A stretch of DNA of 63,819 nt, counting the filler, from Octopus bimaculoides (taxonomy: Eukaryota), in assembly GCF_001194135.2 (NCBI RefSeq). It is 11 parts of 10 records of this genome, joined end to end, with 100 filler letters (N's around TTAATTAATTAA, not from the genome) between each part and the next. Parts side by side here need not be neighbours in the genome. Positions count along the whole stretch, not along the records: positions 7,481 to 17,921 come from NC_069003.1; positions 18,022 to 20,362 come from NC_069005.1; positions 20,463 to 32,343 come from NW_026327077.1; 8 more parts are not named here. One strand, written 5' to 3'. The translations under genes and the position numbers were made by a program. Numbering within the stretch: position 1 is the first letter of the stretch; each line of letters begins with the position of its first letter. The notes beneath the pieces were generated by a model. It worked only from the letters and a program-made list of their open reading frames with translations. It did not search any database and was not told the origin of the DNA. Below are positions 12,290 to 24,666 of the stretch, piece by piece.

Positions 12290-12560
12290 ATGTCTTCTGA
12301 AGCTCAGCAAATCACCAAGAGTCTCCATCCCTTGTCATCTCAGTGTGGTCAAGATCTAAAGATCCTTTCTCACCATTTCATCGCACATTTTCTTTGGTCT
12401 ACCCCCTCCACAGGTTCCCTCCACAATCAGAGATTGGTACTTCTTTATGCAGCTGTCCTCGTCCATATGCATCACATGACCATACCAGCACAGTCTTCTC
12501 TTTTGCACACAACATCCGCCTCCTCTTATAACTGATTTTTCTCTTAAATCATTTACACTC
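12290..12560 (-). mobile_element. RTE LINE C-terminal fragment
   Basis: RRLCWYGHVMHMDEDSCIKKYQSLIVEGTCGGGRPKKMCDEMVRKDL. Confidence 0.8.
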
Positions 12561-13631
12561 TGATGCACATGCACACTGATGTTACTTATTAATTTATAAA
12601 GAACCAGTTGATAATAATAGTGTTGATATGATTGACTAAAACCTTTTGAAAGCAATGCACCAGCATGGCCATAGTCCAGTGAATAAAATAAGTTAATGAG
12701 TGAAATTATACAAAAAGAAAGATTTGTACCAAACCCATTTACAGTTGGCTGGTTAAATGTTGGGGGCTGACGAAGTTACCTCCCTTACGTTGTTTACTGT
12801 AATATTATGAACCTACATAACGCGTGTGTGTGTGTGTGTATACATGTGTGTGTGTCTATATCTATCTATCTATCTATCTCTACCTCCTCTACAGCAAGAC
12901 ACCTGTTTTTGTTTCTCCCTCTCACTATAACCTTTCATCATCTGACACAAATTCACCTCCTCCAATGCCCACTCCCCTCTCAAAAGATCTTAGTCTAGCA
13001 AGTTACTTGGTGACCCTGCCAGTGCTGATGTGTAAAAAGCATCCAGTCCACACTGTAAAGTGGTTGGTGTTTGGAAGGGCGTCCAGCTGTAAAAACCTTG
13101 CCAAAACTGACCTCACCTGTGCTTGTGCCGTGTAAAAAGCACTCACTCCACTCTGTTGGGTGGTTGATGTTAGGAGGGGCATGCAGATATAAAAACCCTG
13201 CCAAAACAGAAATCTGGTACAGGCTCCTGCCTGGCCATCTCCCGTCAAACCATCCAACCCATACCAGCATGGAAGGCATACGTTAAACGATGATGATGAG
13301 ATGATGATATATATATATGTATATAGATATCTATTAAAAAAAATGAACTGTACTCCATGTCATTCCAAACCAAGATAACCCCTGTACACAACCAGCTACA
13401 GGCAAATAAATTGTATTATAATTGAACTAAGTGAAACTGAACTTATTGAGCGAGGTACCTTTTGCAAAGTCACTTGACAAGTTACATCTGCACCAAATGA
13501 TGCACCACAACCTGTTGTACAATATCTCACCCCCGAGGAACCGATGCAAGATGGGCTGAAATGATTGTTGTGATTAATAAAGAATCTTATGAATTCCATT
13601 TCCTCTTTCTCTCATATGTTATATACCCAGT

Positions 13632-13978
13632 GGAGGCGCAATGGCCCGGTGGTTAGAGCAGCAGACTCGCGGTCACAGGATCGCGGTTTCGATTCCCAGA
13701 CCAGGTGTTGTGAGTTTTTATTGAGCGAAAATACCTAAAGCTCCACAAGGCTCCGGCAGGGGATGGTGGCGAACCCTGCTGTACTCTTTCACCACAACTT
13801 TCTCTCACTCTTACTTCCTGTTTCTGTTGTGCCTGTAATTCAAAGGGTCAGCCTTGTCACATGCTGTGTCATGCTGAATATCCCCTAGAACTACGTTAAG
13901 GGTACACGTGTCTGTGGAGTGCTCAGCCACTTGCACATTAATTTCATGAGCAGGCTGTTCCGTTGATCAGATCAACAA
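13632..13978 (+). mobile_element. tRNA-derived SINE family C
   Basis: tRNA-like head ggaggcgcaatggcccggtggttagagc...ggtttcgattcc; second copy at 42111-42320; 3' part shared with 38215-38400. Confidence 0.85.
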
Positions 13979-14119
13979 CATATATACTCAACAGACATGG
14001 AGGAATTCCTGAAGTAAATCCAGTGGCATTTATATCTATACTGTTGATATGTCACAAGTTGTGAGACCTTGGTATAGCGGTAAACTGGGAGAGTGATTGC
14101 ATGACTTCCTGAAAGATAG

Positions 14120-14900
14120 AAGTCAAACTGTTAAAGCTAATGGTGCCCTCTCTAAAGAAACACAAATTCTTAGCGGCATCCCACAATGAACTGTCTTGGA
14201 GCCATTATTGTTTATTGTAGCTCTTTTGGGCATACCTATGGTCACTCAGACAGCTACTATCACTAGCTATGCTGATGATACAAAATTATCAAATGCAATA
14301 AAGAACCTTGAAAATTATGCAAGCTTACAACAGGACTTAAATGCAATATACAATTGATCTGAAGAAAGCAACATGCAGTTTAATGCTATCAGATCACAAA
14401 TGCACCACAGCCTGCATATACAGGGCCCGAAAGCACTGCAATTCCAGAGTCACAGATAGCGTAAGATTTGGGGATCAGTATGCGTAATGATGCATTATTT
14501 CATATGCACATTATCAAGATGACAACAAAGTGTAGAGAATTGACAGAATGGATACTAAGGCTCCTTATGACAAGAAACCAAGAAGTCATGTTGACCCTGT
14601 AGAAGACCGTTGTTCTCAGCTACCTAGACTACTGCTCTCAGCTGTGGTCACCACATAGTACCAAACTAACAGCAGAGCTTAAAGCAATCCAATGTTACTA
14701 CACTAAAAAGTTTGTAACAATGCAGCAGATGAACTACAGGGAAATGTTGAAAAACCACAACTTTACTCTCTGGAGAAAAGATTTGAGAAATATGTAGTAA
14801 TCTATATATGGAAAATTCTAGAAGGGCTAGTACCTAATTTTGGCATTGGGTGTTATTCAAATCCCTGAACTGGTCACCGTCGTATTGTACCAAGTGTACC
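14120..14900 (+). mobile_element. CR1-clade LINE RT fragment (pseudogene)
   Basis: SGIPQ*TVLEPLLF, SYADDTKL, LQQDLNAIYN*S, LDYCSQLWSP, LYSLEKR; several stops. Confidence 0.85.
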
Positions 14901-15162
14901 GTTGTAGTATGAAGTATAGATGAGAGCAGCAGTGTCAAACTGTCTCGTACACCAAAATGGCCGACAACAAGGGAAAAAAAGCACATGCAGGAGTGGTGAT
15001 ATGAAATCACACCACCCTGAAGAAATCAGTCAAACAACAAAAATGTGGAAAAGATACAAAATCACGGTGGTGCCCCAGCATGACCATAACCATAAAGCTG
15101 AAACAAATAAGAGAAAAATATATGTATATATGTGTGTGTGTTTGTGTGTGCCTTCAATATTA

Positions 15163-15614
15163 TGTACAAAATACGTGGACTTCTGGTAACACATGCACAA
15201 TGGTATTGGGCACCCACAACACTCTTGGAGTTGTAGGAAAGTGGTTATACACCATTAGGTGTACTCCGCTTCCGTACATTAAATTTCTTGAAGAAACAAC
15301 GGAACGCAGATTCTGAACAACACAACAATATTTATTTACAGTGGAATTCGGCTCACGCTTGGAGGGAATTCGGTAGCTCGTTGCCTTTGGTTACTGAGAT
15401 GCCGTCAATGAAGTTCGTGGTTGTTTGTGTAGCTCTGGTGCTGGAATGTTGGAGAGAGCTCGATGGGACGGAGATCAGCGAACGAAGAGAGTGAGAAAAG
15501 GCGCCAAAGCTGGGTGTCGAACTCTACGCATGCGCATGAGACTCTTCCTGTATTCCTTCCGGAACTAGTCCCTGCGCATGCGTGGATAAAACTCCGGACA
15601 TTGAACATATAACA
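15163..15614 (-). mobile_element. Solo LTR candidate (about 450 bp)
   Basis: TG...CA termini (tgtacaaa...tataaca), AATAAA on the minus strand near 15330, CpG-rich against the flanks; no clear TSD. Confidence 0.5.
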
Positions 15615-17023
15615 GTCGTCTGCTATAGGTGTCACTACAGAGTGATTGGCGTTAGGAAGGGCATCCAGCTGTAGAAACCAAGCCAAAATCTGACTGCTAA
15701 ATGATGATGATGATGATGATGATGATGATATATATGTTGTACTATGAGAGTGGGTGTTGATATTAAACATTACAAGCAAATGTGTAAACAAAGAAAAAGG
15801 AAATGAAGGTAGAAATACTGATAGAATGCTGGTGCTTGTGTGTGTGTATCTGCATATGTTTGTATGTGTGTGTTCATGTGTCACTAAATGTCTCTTGTAA
15901 TATTGTAGAAATCTCATGTCACAACAAAGGAACTGGTTAGAGCCCCACACCCTGTCCCTTCCCCTACTACCACCACCACCACCACCACCACCACCACCAA
16001 CAGCAACAGCAACACTTCAACCACCAACACTGATGCCATTAGTACCACCAGTAGCATACATTTCCGCCACTACTACTGTCACCACCACTACCATCACTGC
16101 CACCACCACTTTCGCCACCACCTCCACCACTATCACTACTTTCACCACCACCAGTAATATACAGTTATCTGTTGCTTTGAGTCATCAAATTAGACAGTGA
16201 ATATACTAAGGATGGTGGTGGAGGTGAAGCAGAAGGAAAGGAAACACTTTGCTATAGAGGTGGGTGCCAGGGTGTTTGTGGGGAGATCTGTCAATGATTT
16301 CATGAAACAGCTCACAGTTTCTGCAAGAAAAGAACCACAGCTCTTAACTCTTTTGTTGCCATATTTCTGTAGAGATACACTGACTTTGTTTCAATTAATT
16401 TTGAAATATAACCAAGAATTTAGTCAAATAAATTTGTCATTCTCACGCCAAAGATTGGAATAAAAATCAACATGAAATTTTGATGGAAGATTTTAATTTA
16501 GATTACTTTAACTCTTTCATTAGCATATTTCTGTAGAAATACACTGTCATCGTTCCAATTAATTTTGAAAATAATGAAGAATTTACTAAAATAACTCATT
16601 ATAAAGCCTAGTGTTTGGAACATAAATTAATACTCTTTACTCTTTTACTTGTTTCAGTCATTTGACTGTAGCCATGCTGGAGCACCATCTCTATAGTCGA
16701 GCAAATCGACCCCAGAGCTTATTCTTTGTAAGCCTAGTACTTATTCTATTGGTCTCTTTTGCTGAACCGCTAAGTTACAGGGATGTAAACACACCACCAT
16801 TGGTTGTCAAACGATGGTGGAGGGGCACACACACGTGCGCACGCACACATACAATGGGCTTCTTTCAGTTTCTGTCTACCAAATCCACTCACAAGGCTTT
16901 GGCCGGCCCAAGGTTATAGTAGAAGACACTTGCCCAAGGTGCCATGCAGTGGGACTGAACCCGGAACCATATGGTTGGGAAGCAAGTTACTTACCACACA
17001 GCCACTCCTGCACCTATATATAT

Positions 17024-17921
17024 TGTTACGAACGCTCGCACGCGAACGTCGAACGCTCGCACGCGAACGTCGAACGCTCGCACGCGAACGTCGAACGCTC
17101 GGTGAGTCACGCAGTGAAGAACAACACAGGCAAAAGGAGGGGAGGAAGAAACAACACGGAGACCATACGTTGGGTAGCGGAACTAACCCTTTCTTTTTAC
17201 ATCATCAATACATTACATCACAATTCAATAGCATATAATGGCGCATGCAACATAATCAAGGGTTTGCAATCATTACATGAACAAGAGTTCGTACAGCGAG
17301 TCCTTTAAAAGTTCTTTCTTTTCTTTGTTTTCTTTTCAGTTACACATGTAAAAGTTCTTTCTCTTTCAAGTTAACATCACAGTTAACAGTTCTTTTTCTT
17401 TATACATCATAACAACAAATACATTTTTTTCTCGGAAGAATATTTAGACAAACCTTTGCTTTAATAACTTCCTTTCTTTCACAAACACTATAATCCAAGA
17501 GGTAAACAACTGACTACTGCTATCTCTTTTGGCTGCCAGAATCCTATCTCTCTGTCAGAGACTCTATGCATTTCTGCTGACCATAGGCGCTCACTCTCTG
17601 TCAGACTTATCACTGTTCATCTTCACTTCATCCAACTCTGCCACCCAAAATCCTCGCCAACTGCTTCGGCCGACTACTACCACTCGACTGACGCCAAATC
17701 CTCCAGCCAACTGCGCCGCTTCAATCTCTGTTCTCGTATTTATCACAAAATACCGTAGCTCAATCGTGCTACCTTACCCCCTCCCAAAGCTGGGTCAGTT
17801 CAGTACGATTCCTATCCTGCTTTTTTGAACTTTCGCTGACCGGAAAGGGGCAGCAATCACTCCTACGCTAAAAATAGCTGTGGTTGCTGACAAGACAAAG
17901 GAAATGCCATTGTCCCCAACA
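17024..17921 (-). mobile_element. Solo LTR candidate (about 900 bp) with internal 21-bp tandem repeat
   Basis: Termini tgttacg...ccaaca; right flank lost in a gap so the TSD cannot be tested; CGAACGCTCGCACGCGAACGT x3.5 at 17029-17101. Confidence 0.55.
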
Positions 17922-20463
17922 NNNNNNNNNNNNNNNNNNNNNNNNNNNNNNNNNNNNNNNNNNNNTTAATTAATTAANNNNNNNNNNNNNNNNNNNNNNN
18001 NNNNNNNNNNNNNNNNNNNNNGCAAAGGGGAGAGAGAGCAAAGGGGAGAGAGAGCAAAGGGGAGAGAGAGCAAAGGGGAGAGAGAGCAAAGGGGAGAGAG
18101 AGAGCGAGAAAGAGAGGGAGAGAGCAAGGTGGAGAGAGAGTGAGAGAGCAAGGGAGAAAGAGAGAGCGAGAAAGCAAGGAAGAGAGCAAGAGAGAGAGAA
18201 GGTGAGGATGACAGCAGGTGGAATGTAGAATACAAACAACTGCGAAGGGGTGTCAAGTGGGAGGTGGTGGTGGTGGTTGTACTGGATGTTGGAAGGGGAG
18301 TGTGAGGAGAAGGAGGAGGATAACAGAACGAATAAGAGAGGGAGAGAGGGGAGGGAGAAGGTGTACGTTCGAAAAAGCCAAACAGAAAAACCAGCAGAAA
18401 GTCAGATCAGGGAAAATCCACAACAAAGAGATGCCGCAGCAGCTACTGATGCAGCCGCTGCAACAGCGATTGCTGCAGCATCAACAGCTGTTGTTGCTGC
18501 TGCTGCAGCATCAATAGGGGGAGCCTCCTCAAATGGAAGCTGCTCGACCTGCTAGAAATAGCAGCCAAACACGTCTCAAAACCCACGGCCAACCATTCAA
18601 AAAGTAAAAAACAAGGTGTCATATGTGTGTGTGTGTGTGTGTGTAAGGCTACGTTGTCCTATGTTTGATTATTAAGACGGATGATCGTGGCATCGTGGCT
18701 GTCGTTCTTTTGACCTGTAAGTCTGCTCAATCAAGCCTGACCTAGGGTTAAACCAGGACAGCCAACAGAAACTATATTGGGCACCACCAATGCAACCACC
18801 AACACCACCATCAAAGCTACTTACTACTACTACACCACAATCACAGCTACCACTATCAACACTACCTGTACCACAATAATCATGGCCACTAACCACCACT
18901 GTTACTACTACAACTCGTACCATAATATTTACCATGGCTGCTGCAATAACCACTATCACCACCAGCATTATCATCATCATGACCGTTATACCACTACAAC
19001 AATAGCCACCACCACCACCACTACTCCTGCTACAACAACAACTATTACCACTACTATGTATATGACCAGCACCATGACAACTACAGCCATTACAGCAATC
19101 ACTACTATCCCCAGAACCACAACAACAACCACAGCTGCTGCTACTACTACTACTGTTATTGCTAGTACAATTATTATTGTGACCATCACAACAACAACGA
19201 CGACGACGACTACTACTGCTGCTGCTACTACCACCACCACCACCAGAATTGGTAGACAGGAATACAAAGTATTTGCAGCAATGATGAAGCGACGGTTTGT
19301 AGTAAATAGCAGAACCTGACCATAAGTAGTNNNNNNNNNNNNNNNNNNNNNNNNNNNNNNNNNNNNNNNNNNNNNNNNNNNNNNNNNNNNNNNNNNNNNN
19401 NNNNNNNNNNNNNNNNNNNNNNNNNNNNNNNNNNNNNNNNNNNNNNNNNNNNNNNNNNNNNNNNNNNNNNNNNNNNNNNNNNNNNNNNNNNNNNNNNNNN
19501 NNNNNNNNNNNNNNNNNNNNNNNNNNNNNNNNNNNNNNNNNNNNNNNNNNNNNNNNNNNNNNNNNNNNNNNNNNNNNNNNNNNNNNNNNNNNNNNNNNNN
19601 NNNNNNNNNNNNNNNNNNNNNNNNNNNNNNNNNNNNNNNNNNNNNNNNNNNNNNNNNNNNNNNNNNNNNNNNNNNNNNNNNNNNNNNNNNNNNNNNNNGG
19701 GGGGGGGGACATTGACGGGCGGTGGTGGTGATGACGACGACGACAATGATGACGACGATGACGATGGTCATTGATTGATTGATTGATCTGGTACTCAAAC
19801 AAATACTTTCATTCTCTCTAACATCGTCATCGTCGTCATCATTGCCACCAATAATAATAATAATAATAATAATAATGATGATGATGACAATGGCAGTGTA
19901 ATTAACATCAACATTATTACATCACCAACACCACAAGCCGCCATAGTGTAAAGCTTGGCTTAGCTTAGCTCACATTGATGTTATCAACAGTAACAAACAG
20001 TGAAAAACACCCACCACCACTGGCAGAAAACATTGCCAGTGCCTCCACCACCACCGCTGATGGCCATCAGTGGTGGTGACCACATATACCACTGTTAGGA
20101 ACTGTATGCAATAAGCTTTAGAATAATAGCTAACCCTTTTCCACACACCTCCATCATCATCGTCAATGTGATCTTGTAGAATAATTGGGTTGAATTTACT
20201 CTCCCTGTATTTTATTTTTAATTTTATTTTTTTTATTTTTGGTGGTGGTGGGGGGGAGTTACATAATGATAGTGCTAGAATAATAAGAGGGGGGAGAAAG
20301 GGAAGGAAGGGGAGAACAAGGAGTGAGGGGAAGGAGGAGAGCAAGGAGAGAGGGGAAGGAGGNNNNNNNNNNNNNNNNNNNNNNNNNNNNNNNNNNNNNN
20401 NNNNNNTTAATTAATTAANNNNNNNNNNNNNNNNNNNNNNNNNNNNNNNNNNNNNNNNNNNNG

Positions 20464-21125
20464 AAAGCAACGGGGGTGGGTGGGGAGAGGGCTTCTGAAA
20501 ATTCACAAGATCCGAGGTTTTCCCTCATAACTTTTGGGAAAATGATTTTTATATTTAAAAATGAAATTGTATATAAATACCTTTCAAACGGTATACATTA
20601 CGATTATAACGAAATTTATGGGTAAAATCTTTTCCGAAGGGTTGGGGAGAGGACTTCGGAAAATTCACAAGATCTGATTTTTTTCTCTTATAACTTTAAG
20701 GAAAATGGATATCTTTTAATGAAATTGTATATATATACCTTTTAAACGGCATGCATTACGGATGCCTAATGTGCCGCAAACCCCTTGTTTTTGTTCGGAA
20801 AAACGGAGTTTCAGATCAGGAAGACCAGGTAAGTTGGAACTACTCTGTTTTGACTGGGATTTTTCTCATTTCTTTTTAACCACAGCTTTTGAAATGATGG
20901 TGGAGGGGGCATCTTTTTCTGAAAAAAATATTTTGAAAATTTTTTGTACAATTCGCCATCCCTCATCATACCACTCCCGACCGATTTTGGCCAATTTTTT
21001 TTGCACTTCAAAACCATGGGAGGAGCCTTTTCGGTAAAAGATATTTTTAAAATTTCTTAATATTTTCAGAGGAAAAAGTGGGTGATTTAAGGGAGATTTG
21101 GCTGTTGTTTCTGGCACATCTCAAC
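20464..21125. repeat. Foldback/MITE-like repeat family, copy 1 (inverted relative to 30160-30725)
   Basis: Colinear reverse-complement similarity over about 600 bp with 30160-30725; internal motif cataactt...gaaaatgga...aatgaaatt repeated. Confidence 0.7.
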
Positions 21126-22424
21126 ACAACCCTCCTCTTTTCTTTCTCACTCTCGAATGTATTGATGTTTTTCGGTTATCAATTGGAATAGTTATCGACT
21201 TGTCAAGATTCAGTTCCTTGTGCGTGACAGCACGTGTTGTCAACTATAAACACATGAAATATTATGGTTAATGTTTACTTTAACCATTATCTCGGTATTC
21301 CTTCGTTAGAAACAGCATAGTTGTTAAACTCGATCATAAGGGATCATATGATTGTTATCTTTTACTCTTTTACTTGTTTCAATCATTTGACTGCGGCCAT
21401 GCTGGAACACCACCTTTAGTCGAGCAAATCGACCCCAGGACTTAATTCTTTGTAAGCCTAGTATTTATTCTATCGGTCTCTTTTGCCGAACCGCTACGTA
21501 TTTCTTTACTCCTCTTTGGGTGGCAACATTTGCTTTGAAAGTGAAAGCGAGGAGAAAGTGAAAGATGTACATACGTGTCTATGAAATGGAAGTGTGTGTG
21601 AGAGAGTGAGTGAGTGACGGTCTTGTATGTATTTTTTGCATGTATGTGTAAATGGTTCTCTTTCTCTCTCACACACACAATCTTTCATATACACGTATAT
21701 GCATACATCTTTTTTTATATGTACGTATCTGACTGAGTGAAGGTGTGTGTTGTCATGTATATGTAAGTGGCACTCTGTCTCTCACACTATCTTTCATATA
21801 CACGTTCATACATATATATGCATACATCTTTTTTGTGTGGGTTAGAGAGAGAGAGAGTGAGTGAGTGAAGGTGTGTGTTGCCATGTATGTATTTTTTTTG
21901 TATGTATCTGTAAGTGGCATGCATTCTCTCTCTCACACACAGGCACACATTATCTTTCATATACACGTTTTGTACAAAAATATATATGCATACAACTTTT
22001 TGTATGTATGTGTGCGTGTGTGTGTGAATGCCACTTACACATACATGAGAACATACCTTCACTCTCTCTCTCTCACATGTCCATCTTTCACTTTCTGCTC
22101 TCACTTCAAAGAAAATGTCAGCTTTTCACTTTCTCCTTTCTAAAAATTTTTTGCAGAAGTTCACGAACAATCATATGATCGAGTTTGACAATTATGCTGT
22201 TTCTAACATTATCCCAAATAAGGCTTTTTCGACGTTAATTTCCTTTTCTTCTTGGAAATTTACGAATTTTATACACACACATGAAACAGGTAAGAACGAA
22301 CCCTAGCCGCATACACCTACATGCAAAAAAATGCATATTTGTAGATATACATATACAAATATGCAAGGCTTTTCTCAAGTCTAAAATGCGACATTGTTTT
22401 TGTTATCTACATTCCGCACACATA

Positions 22425-23804
22425 CGAGGGGTGTATGAAAAGTTTTGAGCCTAACCTAGAAACGGGGCTGCTAGGTAGCTGAAACAATTTTTTCTGGTAA
22501 GTACAGTCTTTTCGGAGTTTCTTACTCATTTTCATGATTCTGATATTTTAATTTTTTTTGTTGCAGATTTTTGAAAAAGCAAGTGTCAAGGTTACAAGGA
22601 AAATGGAGAAAACTGAGTATCGTGCTGTCATAAAGTACCTTGATTTGAAAGGCATAACTCCATCAGAAATCCATGAAGATATGGTGAGAACCTTAACAGA
22701 CAATACTCCTTCATATNNNNNNNNNNAAGTACCTTGATTTGAAAGGCATAACTCCATCAGAAATCCATGAAGATATGGTGAGAACCTTAACAGACAATAC
22801 TCCTTCATATGCAACTGTCAAACGCTGAGTAAATGAGTTCCAGCGTGGCAAGGAGAGTGTGGAAGATGTTCCCACACCAAGGAGACCTCCAACTGCAACC
22901 ACCGAGGACAATATTGACCTTGCTCTTGGTATGATAATGCAAGATCATTGAATATCATGTCGTCAGATAGCCGAGAGACTGGGCATCTCAACTGAAAGAG
23001 CAGACAACATTCTGACAAAAGAACTTGGGTTCTCAAAGGTTTTTGCAAGGTGGATCCCTTGTCTTTTGACTCCTGAACAGAAATGCACCAGGTGCACTTT
23101 GTCCACAAGCAATCTGGAACTGTTTGAAGCTGATGAAGAGAATTTTCTTGCTCGTTTCATTACTATGGACGAAAGTTGGATTCATTACTACCAGCCTGAA
23201 ACCAAAGAACAATCAAAGCAGTGGAAGTACACATCTTCTCCTACCCCAGAGAAGTCCAGGGTCATTCCTTCAGTTGGCAAGGTCATGGCGTCAGTTTTTT
23301 TGGATTCTCAAGGTGTCTTGCTGATCGATTACCTTGAAAAGGGTCACACCGTGATGGCTGTATTATTCTCAGCTACTGAAATGCCTCCGAGAAGCAATCA
23401 AAGAAAAAAGGCCGGGAATGCTCACCAGAGGAGTCCTTTTTCATCACAACAATGCTCCAGCCCACACCTCAGTGGTTGCCATGGCAACAATTCGTGATTG
23501 TGGATACAAACTTGTTCCCCATCCACCTTATTCACCAGACTTAGCCCCCTCTGACTTTCATCTATTCCCAAAAATGGAAAAAGCCCTGGCTGGTCATCAT
23601 TTTGCCAGTGACAATGATGTCATAGATGCTGTAGGAAGTTTCTTGGAGTCTCAAACAAAAGAGTTCCTCTACGCCAGGATAATGGTGCTTCAGCACTGCT
23701 GGAGAAAGTGTTCAGCCATCGAGGGGGATTATGTTGAAAAATAAATCATCAGAAGTCTTGTACTATGTTTTGTTTTCTTGAGGTTTCTTTTCATACACCC
23801 GTCG
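22425..23804 (+). mobile_element. Mariner (DD34D) transposon, near full length, inactivated
   Basis: TA-flanked TIRs cgaggggtgtatgaaaag / cttttcatacacccgtcg; ATG at 22603 (MEKTEYRAVIKYL), TMDESW, HHNNAPAH (second D replaced by N), SPDLAPSDFHLF with 34-residue spacing; two stops and a frameshift; stop at 23744. Confidence 0.95.
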
Positions 23805-24666
23805 TACATCCAAAAAAGAAGTATGTATATGTATTGCGTAAAAAAAGTCGTATTAGTGATAATATTTCATGTGTTTATAATTGACAACCCGTGCTGTCAT
23901 GCACAGAAACTAACGAACGAATCTTGACAAGTCGATGATAAGTCTGAGACCAAATCCCTATGATTTTTTGGGGGCTAATGCAGTTTCACACCTCTCCTTG
24001 AAAAATGCATTTAAAAAAAATTTTTTTATTTCAATTCACCCCCATTTTAAATTTTTGATTTTGTTTACATTAAAGAGAAAGTAGCAAATTGATGAACATA
24101 TGCAAATCTAATATCGACAAAAACATTTAAGTGAAAAGAATTTGCTTTTTACTTTTGTTTGCCTTAAATAATCGTAAATAGTGATATAATGTAAATTAAA
24201 TATACACCATTTTATGAGAAACAAACATTAATATTTAATAATGTTATAAAGTTTAATAACGGGCTCAAATTTCATCCCCCCTCCCCCAATTTTAAATTTT
24301 GAACTTTTTCATCCAGTTATTTATTTGTCTCTCTACTACTTACTCCTATCCGTTTATTCATAAAATATATTGTCAACTAAATGTGGCGGTCTTATAGAAG
24401 ACGGTGTTATTGTTGATTTTAGCCCCAGGAAGACTTTCGTATCTGTCTGTCTTATGTATCGATGATAGTCATATCGACTCTGCATAAGTTTGCATTTTTT
24501 TTGGCTTTCAAAAGTGTGTCTTGATTAATATTTTTCATGCGAAAGTTGTCCAACAACTAGTACATTTGATCTTGCAAATTGTTTCCACAGGGAACTTGCC
24601 CTGTGTGGCATGTTTCCTAGTTTTGTGTATTTGTTTTCAGCTTGCTTAGCCATTTTCCTTTGGAGG

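Noticed and set aside
13632-13705. tRNA gene
   Set aside because: No complete acceptor stem; continues into a SINE body repeated at 42111.
15330-15494. Signal-peptide-like ORF MKFVVVCVALVLECW (neuropeptide-like)
   Set aside because: Lies inside a TG...CA solo-LTR candidate and stops after a few codons.
18777-19319. Thr/His-rich mucin-like ORFs (also 15916-16200, 46271-46861, 47133-47489)
   Set aside because: Degenerate ACC/ACT/GGT trinucleotide repeats open in several frames on both strands, with no splice or domain support.
22633-22810. 84-bp direct duplication inside the mariner ORF
   Set aside because: Exact copies flank a 10-N gap, the pattern of an unresolved contig overlap.
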